Origin: Anaerolineales bacterium
Lineage (GTDB): Bacteria > Chloroflexota > Anaerolineae > Anaerolineales > Villigracilaceae
Assembly (NCBI GenBank): GCA_016744335.1
Contig: JADGEO010000008.1
Location: forward strand, 15,736-79,735
Reading direction: 5' to 3'
Length of the DNA stretch: 64,000 nt
Of this stretch, positions 35,595 through 45,964 are shown piece by piece. Numbering within the stretch: the first letter of the stretch is position 1; each line of letters starts with the position of its first letter. A program made the translations under genes and the position numbers. The notes beneath the pieces are model-generated. The model was not told the origin of the DNA and did not search any database. It saw nothing but the letters and a program-made list of their open reading frames with translations.

Positions 35595-36350
35595 TCATTC
35601 AACTTTCTCTTCTGTTTCCCAATCATTGACCACAGGCAAGTCGAGATAAAAACGTGTAAATTTATTTTCTTCACTCTCAAAGGTCAGTTTTCCGTGATGA
35701 TCTTGGACGATTCCAAGACTGATTGAGAGCCCTAACCCCGTGCCTGTGGCACGGTCTTTGGTAGTATAGAATGGATCGAAGATGCGCTCTCTAATCTCAA
35801 TCGGGATGCCCGCCCCACGATCTTCGATGGTTGTCCGCACCCATCTTCGCCCTTCTTTTTCAAAGAGACTTGCTCTCACAGAAATGATCTTTTCAGGGTC
35901 GTATTCAGGGTAGCGTATGTTCAGCGCATCGCGGGCGTTAGTGAGCAGATTCATAATTACCTGCTGTATCTGTTGACTGCGACACTTGATTGTCGGCAAA
36001 TCATCCGGCACATCTACCTCTAATTTGATTTGATCCCGTTTAATGACCGTACGGATAAGAGAAAGTGTTCCGTCTAAAACATCAACGATCCTCGTTGGGC
36101 TATGGGATTCATTTTCCTGTCGAGAAAAGGTGAGCAGGTTACGAACGATCTCTGCCACACGCTCACTTTCAAAGATGATTTCTTTAGAAAACTCGCGTAG
36201 ACGATTTTCTGCTGGGTCAATGCGCTCATGAATGAGCTGGGCATAGTTCATAATACCAGTGAGCGGATTATTGATCTCATGAGCCACGCCTCCGGCTAAG
36301 GTGCCGATGGAGGCTAGTTTCTGCTCCTGGCGGAGATGGGCTTCAAGCTC
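35595..36350 (-). repeat. shared transmitter cassette, copy 3
   Basis: It is collinear with copies 1, 2, 4 and 5 at the DNA level, from the H-box to the stop codon. Confidence 0.8.
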
Positions 36351-38864
36351 CATTTTTTCTGCCTCTGCTTGCTTACGCTTGGAGATGTCACTTGTGATAC
36401 CTTGCATGCCAAGAAAACCACCTTTTTTATCTAGCAATACGGTACTTCTTATTTCAACATCGATTTGTTCGTCGGCTTTATTGAGCATTTTGCTTTCAAA
36501 GCTTAATGGGTTATGGGTTTTAACATTTTTAATATGTTTGTTGGCAATTGCACTCACCCTAAGGTATTCTTCTTTAGTAAAATGAGTGCCAAGAGAAGTG
36601 CCTTCCCATTCTTCTGGTTTGAATCCGGTTATGCGTTCTAGTGCTGGACTAAGATAAGTGAAGTTGAGTTGCTTATCCATTGCCCAGATGCAGTCACTTG
36701 AATTCTCAGCCAGAAGACGATATTTCTCTTCGCTTTCTTTTAGTTCTTTTTCGGCAAGTTTACGTTCTGTAATATCATAGCCAATTACTAATACCGAGTC
36801 ATTTTTATTATTCAATTTAATCGGATTACCATATAGTTCCAATATACGTTTTTTGTTTCGAGGCAATATAATATCCAATTCATATTTATGAATGATATCT
36901 TTATTAGCTTGGAACTCTTTAACCCGTTGTGCTAATTGCTTTTTCTCTTTTTTCCCCAATATAAATTGGGCTATATCAGAACCAATTACTTGCTCTTTGG
37001 GTAAGTTGATATATGCTAAGGCATAGTCATTGGCATAAGTTATTTTTCCGTTAAAATTATGGGTAATTATTAGATGTTTTGCATTTTCAGCCAACACTCG
37101 ATATTTTTCTTCACCTTCCTTTAACCTTTTTTCTGTTTTTATGCGTTCTGTAATATCTAGAAAAGTTCCAATTGTTTTATGCGCTTTCCCAAACTCATCA
37201 AAGAAATTTTTGCCGATTCCGTGAATATGAATAGTATTCCCATTAGTTTGTATTAAACGGAATTGAACATTCATGTTGGTCTTATTTTTAAAAGTAGACT
37301 GTATATGTTGCGCCACTCTCTGACGGTCTTTGGGATGGATATATTTCGTAAATTCTTCATGCATGCAGTCAACGGTTTCAGAATTTTCATCCAATAACCG
37401 ATAAAAACCCTTTGACCAAAATCCTTTGCCGCTTTTCCAGTCTCGTTCAAAATACCCTAGATTCGCTATATCCTCACCTTGTGTAAGAACTTCCAGGTTT
37501 CTGTTAAGTTCTTCTTCTGCCTTTTTGCGCTCGGTGATATCAATTGTTCCACCTTGAATGGCACTTATATTTTCATTAATATCTCGAACACCTTTAAGAG
37601 ATGTTTCAACAAAAACAATTGAACCGTCTTTCTTGTACATCTCCAGCTCAATTGTCTGCATTGGCCAACGCTCTGCCATTGGTTTATTGTTTTCTTTTTT
37701 AAAAAGGCTTTGAACCAAAGAATGTGATTTAGGCGTCATTATTTCTTCTAAAGAGAGATTTTCAGCTTCTTCAGGTGTATATCCTCTGAGTTTCATAACA
37801 GAGGGACTGTAATAAGTGAAATTTCCCTGCGGATCCATTACCCAAATTGTAGCAATGGTATTTTCGGCAAGCAATTTATATTTCTTTTCGCTTTCTTCTA
37901 ATTTGTTTTTTGCGTTTATACTCTTAGTAATATTCCTTGAAATCCCTTCAACGGCAATAAGCTGTCCTTCATCATCGTAGGTTGGAGTGTATCGTTGTTC
38001 TGCCCAAATGACTCTTCCATCTTTTTTAATCCATCTAAAAACAACAGTATCTTCTCTGAGGAGCTCTTTGGAAAAATACTCTTCTAAGATATGCCTGTCA
38101 TCTGGGTGTGCTATTTTTATTCCAAGCTGTGGATCGTCATAATGTTCCTGCGGCGTATAGCCGATAAAATTTGTTGAATTAGGAGATACGTATGTGAATT
38201 TGCGTTGCGGGAGCAGTTCATACCTAAAGACCATGTCTTGCATGTTTTCGATCAAATTTCTATATTTTTTTTCACTAGTAAAAAGTTGCTGATTGACTGT
38301 TTTTAGCTTTTTTTCGTTTGCCTTAAGGTTATCAATCATTTTTTCTTGCTCAGTTTTTTGCATAGCCATTGCGCTTATCTGCAATGTCATAGTAAGCAGA
38401 AAACCCATCACATCTTTAACTTTCTCCTCAGACACAATAGGAACCTGATCGAGGGCATCAAGGTATTTCTTTTTGTCAAAGCCAAAATTTTCAGCTTGTT
38501 TGATGAAAAAATTGCGGTCAGGCTTTTTAAAAAAGAACTGTCCCGTAAATAAATTGGCGACATGTTCATTATTTATTATTATGGGAACGGCAACATCGAC
38601 TAATCCATTTAAGCATTTATAGAAATGATATTTTTCGCCAGCTTCCATTTGGCCTGCTAATTTTGTGTCACTTTCAGTACACCTTTTTGATGTTTCGGGA
38701 TGTACCCGATGAAAACAAGTGCAGATTTCTCTCCAGCCAGATTGCGACAACACCTTGCCCTCAAGGTCCAGGATCGCGGTTACAAATCCGGTTGATTTAT
38801 TAAAACCTTTCAAAAGCAGGTTGATTTTTTCAAAATCAAATAGTTCAAGAGTTTTCTTTTTCAT
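35595..38864 (-). CDS. sensor histidine kinase C (PocR sensory domain - multiple PAS - shared transmitter cassette), cytoplasmic
   Basis: The N-terminal PocR pattern is CTCFHRVHPETSKRCTESD...YKCLNGLVDVAVPI...GQFFF. At least five DITERK-type PAS units precede the cassette (AHEINNPLTGIMNYAQLI). Confidence 0.9.
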   Translation of the reverse strand: MKKKTLELFDFEKINLLLKGFNKSTGFVTAILDLEGKVLSQSGWREICTCFHRVHPETSKRCTESDTKLAGQMEAGEKYHFYKCLNGLVDVAVPIIINNEHVANLFTGQFFFKKPDRNFFIKQAENFGFDKKKYLDALDQVPIVSEEKVKDVMGFLLTMTLQISAMAMQKTEQEKMIDNLKANEKKLKTVNQQLFTSEKKYRNLIENMQDMVFRYELLPQRKFTYVSPNSTNFIGYTPQEHYDDPQLGIKIAHPDDRHILEEYFSKELLREDTVVFRWIKKDGRVIWAEQRYTPTYDDEGQLIAVEGISRNITKSINAKNKLEESEKKYKLLAENTIATIWVMDPQGNFTYYSPSVMKLRGYTPEEAENLSLEEIMTPKSHSLVQSLFKKENNKPMAERWPMQTIELEMYKKDGSIVFVETSLKGVRDINENISAIQGGTIDITERKKAEEELNRNLEVLTQGEDIANLGYFERDWKSGKGFWSKGFYRLLDENSETVDCMHEEFTKYIHPKDRQRVAQHIQSTFKNKTNMNVQFRLIQTNGNTIHIHGIGKNFFDEFGKAHKTIGTFLDITERIKTEKRLKEGEEKYRVLAENAKHLIITHNFNGKITYANDYALAYINLPKEQVIGSDIAQFILGKKEKKQLAQRVKEFQANKDIIHKYELDIILPRNKKRILELYGNPIKLNNKNDSVLVIGYDITERKLAEKELKESEEKYRLLAENSSDCIWAMDKQLNFTYLSPALERITGFKPEEWEGTSLGTHFTKEEYLRVSAIANKHIKNVKTHNPLSFESKMLNKADEQIDVEIRSTVLLDKKGGFLGMQGITSDISKRKQAEAEKMELEAHLRQEQKLASIGTLAGGVAHEINNPLTGIMNYAQLIHERIDPAENRLREFSKEIIFESERVAEIVRNLLTFSRQENESHSPTRIVDVLDGTLSLIRTVIKRDQIKLEVDVPDDLPTIKCRSQQIQQVIMNLLTNARDALNIRYPEYDPEKIISVRASLFEKEGRRWVRTTIEDRGAGIPIEIRERIFDPFYTTKDRATGTGLGLSISLGIVQDHHGKLTFESEENKFTRFYLDLPVVNDWETEEKVE

Positions 38865-39620
38865 AATTTATTTTCTATTTCTGGTAACTTCCAGCCATTG
38901 TCCACAGGTAAATCAAGATAAAAACGCGTGCCTTTCCCTTCTTCGCTCTCAAAGGTCAGATTGCCGTGATGATCTTGAATAATGCCAAGACTGATTGAGA
39001 GACCTAGCCCTGTACCTGTAGCGCGATCTTTGGTGGTGTAAAAAGGATCGAAAATTCGTTCTCTAATTTCAACTGGGATGCCCGCGCCAGAATCTTCAAC
39101 GGTTGTGCGTAGCCATCTGTGTCCTTCTTTCTCAAATAGCTTCACACTTATATTAATAATCTTATCTGGGTCATATTCCGGGTAACGCTCATTGAGAGCA
39201 TCACGGGCGTTGGTGATCAGGTTTATCAGCACCTGTTGGATCTGCTGACTACGACACCTAAATTTAGGGAGAGCATCTGGTATATTGATTTCCAATATGA
39301 TTTGATCACGTTTAATGATTGTTTGAATCAACGAGAGAGTGTTGTCTACAATATCGGTCATTTTGGCAAGACTATGGAAATGTTTTTCCTGCCGAGCAAA
39401 GGTGAGTAGATTGCGCACAATTTCTGCTACGCGCTCGCTTTCCTCGATGATACCAGCAGAAAACTCGCGCAGGCGACTCTCTGTTGGGTCAATTCGGTCA
39501 TAGATTAATTGGGCATAGTTCATGATGCCCATAATTGGATTATTAATCTCATGAGCGACACCACCTGCTAGCGTCCCAATTGATTCAAGTTTTTGTCTAT
39601 GACGAAGATGGACCTCCATC
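38861..39620 (-). repeat. shared transmitter cassette, copy 4
   Basis: It shares 65-nt and 63-nt runs of perfect identity with copy 5, for example CCATTGTCCACAGGTAAATCAAGATAAAAACGCGTGCCTTTCCCTTCTTCGCTCTCAAAGGTCAG. Confidence 0.9.
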
Positions 39621-42223
39621 TGGTGTTTTTCTTTTTCCGCCCGTACACGCTCGGTCACTTCAATAATCTGCACAAGATATCCTATAAGTTCTCTATCACC
39701 TATTAACGGGCAAACGTACATGTCCAAATAGATAATTCCAGATCTCTTTGAGGGGAATAAGCCCGTCTTTTTTACAGTATCAAAGTCTAAGTTAGTGGGT
39801 ATAAAGACAGCCTCCCCATTTTTTAAAATTTCCGCATTTTCTGCTGGCATATTTGGGTCAGCCCACATATTAAACCCAAGCACGTGACTCTTATCATCGA
39901 TTCCGAACAAAGTTAAGGTTTGCTCGTTGGCATCAAACAATTTACCATCTTTGTCGTAGATTTGAATGGCAAGGGGAGATTGCTCAAAGATATTACGGAA
40001 ATTTTCTTCGCTTTTTTTCAAGGCTTCCTCTGCCGACTTACGTTCGGTGATATCTTCAGCTGTGGCCAGTATCCCAAAGATATTGCCCTCATTATCTTTT
40101 AATGGCATTTTATTGGTACGCCACCAAAAAAATTTACCGTCTGGGGTTGTGTAGTCCTCTTCATACCCTAATTTGGGCATTCCACTTCTCAAGACTTGGC
40201 GATCATCTTCAATATATTTTTCAGCTTCCTGTCCCCAAATTAATTCAAAGTCATTTTTACCGATCACATTTTCGGTTTCTGTCTCTCCTGCGGCTTTTGC
40301 AAAAGAAGAGTTACAGCCTAAATAGACTGAATTTATATCTTTCCAAAAGATTCTTATTGGCATCAAATTGATGACTAACTCAAACATGTCCTTTTGTTTT
40401 TTTAGTTCTTCTTCCATCATTTTTCGATCGGTTATGTCAATTAAACAACCTCGTACTAATATCCCATTACCATTGTCGTCTCGCTTAGTTACTTCGCCAG
40501 ATATCATCAGCCAGTGCACGCTTTCATCTGGCCATATGATTCGATAATCAAAGCTGTAAAAATTAGAACCGCCTGGGGCAAAAACTTCTTCGATAATACG
40601 GTCGGATGCTTGGCGGTCATCTAAGTGCGTTGCATCTAAGTAAGTGCCGGTATTCCATACTTTTTGCACTTCCAAGCCATAGAGATCGTCGTAATTTGAC
40701 GAGTGCTCCATGTGGTCAGCAACAATATCATATTCCCATACCGCCACATTAGCCGCCTCTGTACTCAGTCTCAATCGCTCTTCGTTGAGTCTTATGGCCT
40801 CTTCTGCCTTTGCCAATTTGGTGATGTCTCTCGAAATGCCCAAAACCGTCTTTACACGACCACTCAGGTCAAATTCTGGGAATAGTCGCCAATCCAGATA
40901 AACTTTCCCTTCGGACCCTTCCCAATCAAAGATAGTTTGGATTGATTCCCCTGTCTTAAATACATGGGTGATCTTTTCCTCCCAGTCATTACTTAAATCT
41001 TCATCAAAACCCGCCTCTAGGTGGGTTTTGCCAATGATATCCTCTTCGGTTAAACCAGACACCTGTAAAGCAGCCGGGTTTTCGTATAAGTGTCTACATT
41101 CTTCGTCGTATCGCATAATATAGTCCTGGCTATTTTCAGCTAAAGACCTGAAATCTTCCTCACTTTGACGCAGTGCTTCTTCGCGGGAATTAACTGCCTC
41201 CCTCATGACGTTAAAACTCTCGGTGAGTTGATCGATTTCCTGGTAATGTTGTTCTAGCGGAACAGCACGATAATCACCATGAGCTATTTTTTGAGAGTAT
41301 TCAGTTAGGTGTAAGAGCGGCTGTAAGGTTTTTTTCAAACTGAACAGGGCTATTATGATAGCAATCACCAGAGCGGACAATGCCCCGATCCCGATAATAT
41401 TTCTCATTCTTATGACTGAAGAAAATGATTCATCAACCGGTTGAGTCACTCCCACCAGCCAGCCTGTTCGGGAAACAGGAACCACGCTACCGAGCAGATT
41501 TATCCCATTCACCTGATACTCAAAGGTGCCATCCTGTCCGCTTAAGCCTTGTTGAATTGCATAATGAAAGCCAATATTTTCCCGTTGAGAAACGAGAGAT
41601 TCGCTGCGATGTGCGATAAGAGTGCCTTTGTTATCCGTAATCAGGGCATACCCCTGTGACCCTATTTTAATTTCCGCAATGATGGCGTTAAGGGCGCTCA
41701 GGTTCAAATAGCCAACAATCATTTCGTTTTTAAAGGGAATACTCAGTGTTAGGGTCGGTTCCCCACTTCGCGTGGAAATAAAGATTGACGACCAATAGGG
41801 CGCGCGAAGGTCACTGGTGGCTCGAAAAAAATCCTGACCTGACATATCGAGCAGAAACAAATCTTCTGAATAAGGAGCAAGATGCCTGACTATTCCCGTA
41901 TGATCAAGGATCATGATTGTGTCAAAGAATTGGTAATGTTGAATAATTGAATCTAAATAGGCATTTCTTTGATCTGATGTAATGAGTTGCTTTGTGTCGA
42001 TGACATCTTCTACGTGTTTCAAAATATGCAGTGGTTCATCCAAGAATCGCTCCACCTCGCCGGAAATGGAGTTGGCTAGCAGAAGGTTTCTCTCCGAAAT
42101 TTCCTTTTCCAAACCGACAGTCATAATCTGCAAGCTGAGTAAACCAATCCCAAGAATCGGCAATATCGTTACCAACACAAAGTTTATTGTCAATATATTT
42201 CTGAGACTAGAACGTGGTTTCAT
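38861..42223 (-). CDS. sensor histidine kinase D (dCache-like domain - HAMP - multiple PAS - shared transmitter cassette)
   Basis: It has TM, a ~260-aa outside domain, TM and HAMP (AHGDYRAVPLEQHYQEIDQLTESFN). Several PAS units precede the cassette. The start lies 2 nt after the SBP stop, and the stop overlaps the kinase C start by 4 nt. Confidence 0.9.
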   Translation of the reverse strand: MKPRSSLRNILTINFVLVTILPILGIGLLSLQIMTVGLEKEISERNLLLANSISGEVERFLDEPLHILKHVEDVIDTKQLITSDQRNAYLDSIIQHYQFFDTIMILDHTGIVRHLAPYSEDLFLLDMSGQDFFRATSDLRAPYWSSIFISTRSGEPTLTLSIPFKNEMIVGYLNLSALNAIIAEIKIGSQGYALITDNKGTLIAHRSESLVSQRENIGFHYAIQQGLSGQDGTFEYQVNGINLLGSVVPVSRTGWLVGVTQPVDESFSSVIRMRNIIGIGALSALVIAIIIALFSLKKTLQPLLHLTEYSQKIAHGDYRAVPLEQHYQEIDQLTESFNVMREAVNSREEALRQSEEDFRSLAENSQDYIMRYDEECRHLYENPAALQVSGLTEEDIIGKTHLEAGFDEDLSNDWEEKITHVFKTGESIQTIFDWEGSEGKVYLDWRLFPEFDLSGRVKTVLGISRDITKLAKAEEAIRLNEERLRLSTEAANVAVWEYDIVADHMEHSSNYDDLYGLEVQKVWNTGTYLDATHLDDRQASDRIIEEVFAPGGSNFYSFDYRIIWPDESVHWLMISGEVTKRDDNGNGILVRGCLIDITDRKMMEEELKKQKDMFELVINLMPIRIFWKDINSVYLGCNSSFAKAAGETETENVIGKNDFELIWGQEAEKYIEDDRQVLRSGMPKLGYEEDYTTPDGKFFWWRTNKMPLKDNEGNIFGILATAEDITERKSAEEALKKSEENFRNIFEQSPLAIQIYDKDGKLFDANEQTLTLFGIDDKSHVLGFNMWADPNMPAENAEILKNGEAVFIPTNLDFDTVKKTGLFPSKRSGIIYLDMYVCPLIGDRELIGYLVQIIEVTERVRAEKEKHQMEVHLRHRQKLESIGTLAGGVAHEINNPIMGIMNYAQLIYDRIDPTESRLREFSAGIIEESERVAEIVRNLLTFARQEKHFHSLAKMTDIVDNTLSLIQTIIKRDQIILEINIPDALPKFRCRSQQIQQVLINLITNARDALNERYPEYDPDKIINISVKLFEKEGHRWLRTTVEDSGAGIPVEIRERIFDPFYTTKDRATGTGLGLSISLGIIQDHHGNLTFESEEGKGTRFYLDLPVDNGWKLPEIENKL

Positions 42224-42225
42224 AG

Positions 42226-43344
42226 TTACTCTTCCTTTACGAATATCCCATCTTTAATCGTAAATAGTTTGAAGTTTCCTGTTGGATCCCCAAACTCATC
42301 AATAACCAAATCATTTTGTAATCCAGGAAATATCTGTTGCTCGATAATAGCGCGTTTAAGAGTTGCGGCTTCATAGTCGGTAGTATTTTGCATGGCCGTA
42401 TACAGCATATAGACTGCCTGATAGGCATAGATTGCGCCAAAATTGGGCTCAAGATTAAATGTGGTCTCTAGTTTTTCTGCAAACGCCACAAAGGCCGGCT
42501 CTTGGCTGTTCATATCAACTACCTGGACAAAATTAATGCCTTCAACGGCTTGGCCGCCATGCTGAATCAAATCGGTAGTTGTGGCCCATCCTGCCATAAA
42601 AATAGGGGTATCTGTATCCAATTTTCTGATCTGCTGAGAAATCAATGCGGCGTCAATCGATCCGGCCAGTATGAGAATTCCATCCGGTTTTGTGTCTTTT
42701 AATGGCGTGACAAGTGTTGAAAAGGAGGTATTTGTGCCTGATGTAAATGTAATTGTAGAAGCCACTGTTCCTGACAATGATTCATAGGCAGATTGAAAGT
42801 CATTGAGATTGGTTTCGGTTAAGTCTTTATTAGCCAAATCATAGATGACACTCATGGTGTTCAGTTTGAAATTGTGCATTGCAAATTCGGCAATTGCCGT
42901 CATTTCCGCATCGCTGACGGGTGTAATTCGAATAAAAAAATCATCCAGCCCTGACAAGCGGGGCGTACTTGCTGTAGGAGCAATCAAAAGCATTTCTTGT
43001 TGATTGATGAGGGGAATAACTGCCAGGCTCATTGTGCTTGTGGCATGTCCGATAATGGCAACAACCTCTTCATCTATCAATTCTTGGTCAACCCTCAGCG
43101 CAACTTCAGGATCATTCTGATCATCTTTTACGATGAGTTCCAGAAGGCGTCCATTTATGCCGCCGGACGCATTGATTTCTTCCACAGCAAGTAACGCTCC
43201 GGCTCTCTCCGAAACTCCCAATTCTGACATCCGGCCACTTAACCCAGCTACAAATCCAATCTTAATGGGTTGTTCTGATGAACAACCCATTAAGAACAGC
43301 ATGAAAAGCATATATAAAATGTTGACTACATATATTTTCTTCAT
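42226..43344 (-). CDS. orphan periplasmic-binding lipoprotein (LivJ/Peripla_BP_6 type)
   Basis: The lipoprotein signal is MKKIYVVNILYMLFMLFLMG|C and a GGAG SD precedes the start. The sequence IKIGFVAGLSGRMSELG...INASGGINGR is typical of branched-chain amino-acid-type SBPs. No transporter genes are adjacent. Confidence 0.75.
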   Translation of the reverse strand: MKKIYVVNILYMLFMLFLMGCSSEQPIKIGFVAGLSGRMSELGVSERAGALLAVEEINASGGINGRLLELIVKDDQNDPEVALRVDQELIDEEVVAIIGHATSTMSLAVIPLINQQEMLLIAPTASTPRLSGLDDFFIRITPVSDAEMTAIAEFAMHNFKLNTMSVIYDLANKDLTETNLNDFQSAYESLSGTVASTITFTSGTNTSFSTLVTPLKDTKPDGILILAGSIDAALISQQIRKLDTDTPIFMAGWATTTDLIQHGGQAVEGINFVQVVDMNSQEPAFVAFAEKLETTFNLEPNFGAIYAYQAVYMLYTAMQNTTDYEAATLKRAIIEQQIFPGLQNDLVIDEFGDPTGNFKLFTIKDGIFVKEE

Positions 43345-43480
43345 TTTTTTCTCCTTATGTAACTTGCTAGCCATCTTCTCTTTTCAATGTGACACGTGCT
43401 TTTGCCTTCGCTCGATTTGGCCACATAACGATGACATAATCTTCTCGACGTTTTGTATACTGAAAGCAGCTTTGCTCAAA

Positions 43481-44230
43481 TTACTTCTCCAACTCCCACC
43501 CATTGTCCACAGGTAAATCAAGATAAAAACGCGTGCCTTTCCCTTCTTCGCTCTCAAAGGTCAGTTTGCCGTGATGATCTTGAACAATGCCAAGACTGAT
43601 TGAGAGTCCCAGCCCTGTACCCGTAGTGCGATCTTTGGTGGTGTAAAAAGGATCGAAAATTCGTTCTCTAATTTCAACTGGGATGCCCGCTCCGTGATCT
43701 TCAACGGTTGTGCGTAGCCATCTTCGACCTTCTTTTTCAAATAGTTTCACACTTATATTGATGATCTTGTCTGGGTTATATTCAGGATAACGCTCATTGA
43801 GGGTATCTCGGGCGTTGGTTAGCAAGTTCATCAGCACCTGTTGAATTTGCTGGCTGCGACATTTGATCTTAGGGAGGTCATTGGGGACATTTACCTCTAA
43901 TGTGATTTGATCCCGCTTGATAATTGTACGGATCAGAGTGAGTGTGCCGTTCATGATGTCAACCATTTGAGCTGGGCTGTGGGATTGCTTTTCCTGGCGG
44001 GCAAAGGTCAGCAAGTTGTGCACGATCTCTGCTACACGTTTGGTTTCATGAATTATTTCAGAGGAAAACTCGCTTAATTGCTTTTGGCTTGGCTCCAGAC
44101 GTTCACCAATCAACTGAGCATAGTTCATGATGCCCATGATAGGGTTATTGATTTCATGAGCTACACCACCAGCCAGTGTGCCAATTGATTCGAGTTTCTG
44201 TCCATGGCGCAGATGCACTTCCATTTGTTG
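43481..44230 (-). repeat. shared transmitter cassette, copy 5
   Basis: It is the closest partner of copy 4 and of the decayed copy at 47985-48472. Confidence 0.9.
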
Positions 44231-45853
44231 TTTTTCCTCCTGAGCCCGCACTCGCTCGGTGATGTCACGCACAATGCTTATCCATGCCACTTGTCCCTCA
44301 TATTCGATGGGAGCTGTGTTAACTTCAACTCGGATAGGTTCTCCTCCTTTTGTAACGTGAAGGTAGCTGTGTTCTAAGGTGTTATCTTCATCATTTATGT
44401 TTTTTTCGACTTCTAATAAATCTTCTTGGGGATGAAGGTCTTGTGGTGTCATCTGGCGTAATTCTTCTAGAGTGTATCCATAACGGTTCAACGCAGATTG
44501 ATTGCAGTCTAAAAAATAGTATTTCTCTTTATCGAAGATAAAAATTGGATCTGCAATTTGAGCAAAGAGACTACGATATTTCTTTTCGCTCTCCCGCAAC
44601 TCTTCCTCAGCTTTGATACGTTTTTCCTCCAACTCAAGGCTGTAAAGTGCAAATGATATATCTCCAGCAAGCTCTTCAAATAGAGATACTTCTTCTGAAT
44701 CGATGGTAGATTTTGTTAGCATGGTAATGTTGAGCATGCCATAAATTATTCCGTTGAACTCCAGCCTGATGGCAAGCGTATTATAAGGTTTACTGCTGTC
44801 CGATAAAAAACAATCCATACAAAGGTCTGAGGTATTCGTAATATGTTGCATACCTTTCTGAGCGAGGGTGGTATGGGAACAGGGCGTCAGATCACATCTT
44901 TCAAGCAAGTCTGTCAGAGATAAAGTATTGCCCCGCATATCTCTGTGGACGAATTTGATAGGGGTATTTTCTTTGTTGACCAACAAAATCCAGGAGGCTA
45001 TATAGCTATCTACTTCGATAAGGTGCTGACAGGCTCTTTCAAGTAGGCGGTCGAGATCTCTCTCTTGTGTAATAAGCTGATTGACATTACGAATGGCACG
45101 CAGGATGCGGGTGAGATGGATAATTTTGGCTACTGCACCCTCGCGGGCTTCAATCATTTCATTTGTCCCACGCTGTAAGAAACCTATCTCGTCCTGTGAT
45201 TTGGTTTCCTGAACTCGAGTGGATAAATTTCCATCCCTAACGCGTTTGAGAATTTCTGCAAGATCGCCAATAGGATTTATTATCATCCAGTTAAAAGAGA
45301 TGATAATCACCAACGATGTTATCAACATCGTTATGAGCGAACCGAAAATGAATAGGCGCGTTAGTTCAGTTTTCTCGGCAGTGGCTCCAAGATTGCTGAC
45401 TTCTGTATATACAAAGAAGCGCGGCGTACGCTGGTCGGCTGCATAAATTGGAGAAATAGCGATCACTTTTTCTAATTCTCGGATCACTACATTTTGAGAA
45501 TTGTTGATATTGAACAGGGCAATGTCTACATCGGGGACATTGCTGATATCCATTCCAAGCAGAGTAGGGTCGAGGGCGTAAAAAACATTGCCGTTCACGC
45601 CGACCACCATCCCAGAGATCAACTCATCGCCGACCAGCTCCCGCATCGTGACTGAATCAGATACCGAGTCAAAACTCAGTAATCCGGCATTCATCAGCAC
45701 ACCGGGGAGTTGAGCTTGGGCATCAATCCGTAAATCAACCTCATCAAAAAAACGGTTGATGTAGATGATTCCCAATACTGTTTGTACGATCATCTCCACC
45801 AGGATGATGATGGCTCCAATTTTGAAGGAAAGACTGTTGATTTTTTTTTTCAT
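43481..45853 (-). CDS. sensor histidine kinase E (extracytoplasmic domain - HAMP - GAF - PAS - shared transmitter cassette)
   Basis: It has TM, a ~170-aa outside domain, TM and HAMP (RDGNLSTRVQETKSQDEIGFLQRGTN). A GAF-like region and PAS precede the cassette. I placed the start at MKKKINSLSF (ATG 45853) rather than the ORF-track start 45946. Confidence 0.85.
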   Translation of the reverse strand: MKKKINSLSFKIGAIIILVEMIVQTVLGIIYINRFFDEVDLRIDAQAQLPGVLMNAGLLSFDSVSDSVTMRELVGDELISGMVVGVNGNVFYALDPTLLGMDISNVPDVDIALFNINNSQNVVIRELEKVIAISPIYAADQRTPRFFVYTEVSNLGATAEKTELTRLFIFGSLITMLITSLVIIISFNWMIINPIGDLAEILKRVRDGNLSTRVQETKSQDEIGFLQRGTNEMIEAREGAVAKIIHLTRILRAIRNVNQLITQERDLDRLLERACQHLIEVDSYIASWILLVNKENTPIKFVHRDMRGNTLSLTDLLERCDLTPCSHTTLAQKGMQHITNTSDLCMDCFLSDSSKPYNTLAIRLEFNGIIYGMLNITMLTKSTIDSEEVSLFEELAGDISFALYSLELEEKRIKAEEELRESEKKYRSLFAQIADPIFIFDKEKYYFLDCNQSALNRYGYTLEELRQMTPQDLHPQEDLLEVEKNINDEDNTLEHSYLHVTKGGEPIRVEVNTAPIEYEGQVAWISIVRDITERVRAQEEKQQMEVHLRHGQKLESIGTLAGGVAHEINNPIMGIMNYAQLIGERLEPSQKQLSEFSSEIIHETKRVAEIVHNLLTFARQEKQSHSPAQMVDIMNGTLTLIRTIIKRDQITLEVNVPNDLPKIKCRSQQIQQVLMNLLTNARDTLNERYPEYNPDKIINISVKLFEKEGRRWLRTTVEDHGAGIPVEIRERIFDPFYTTKDRTTGTGLGLSISLGIVQDHHGKLTFESEEGKGTRFYLDLPVDNGWELEK

Positions 45854-45964
45854 ATCGTTTACGCATAAGCCTAAAATAAAATCTATTATTTTCTTCAGGC
45901 CAAGCCTCTTTAGTGGATAAATAAGCCTGTAATAGTTATCGTGCAAATCAATCTGCTATTACTC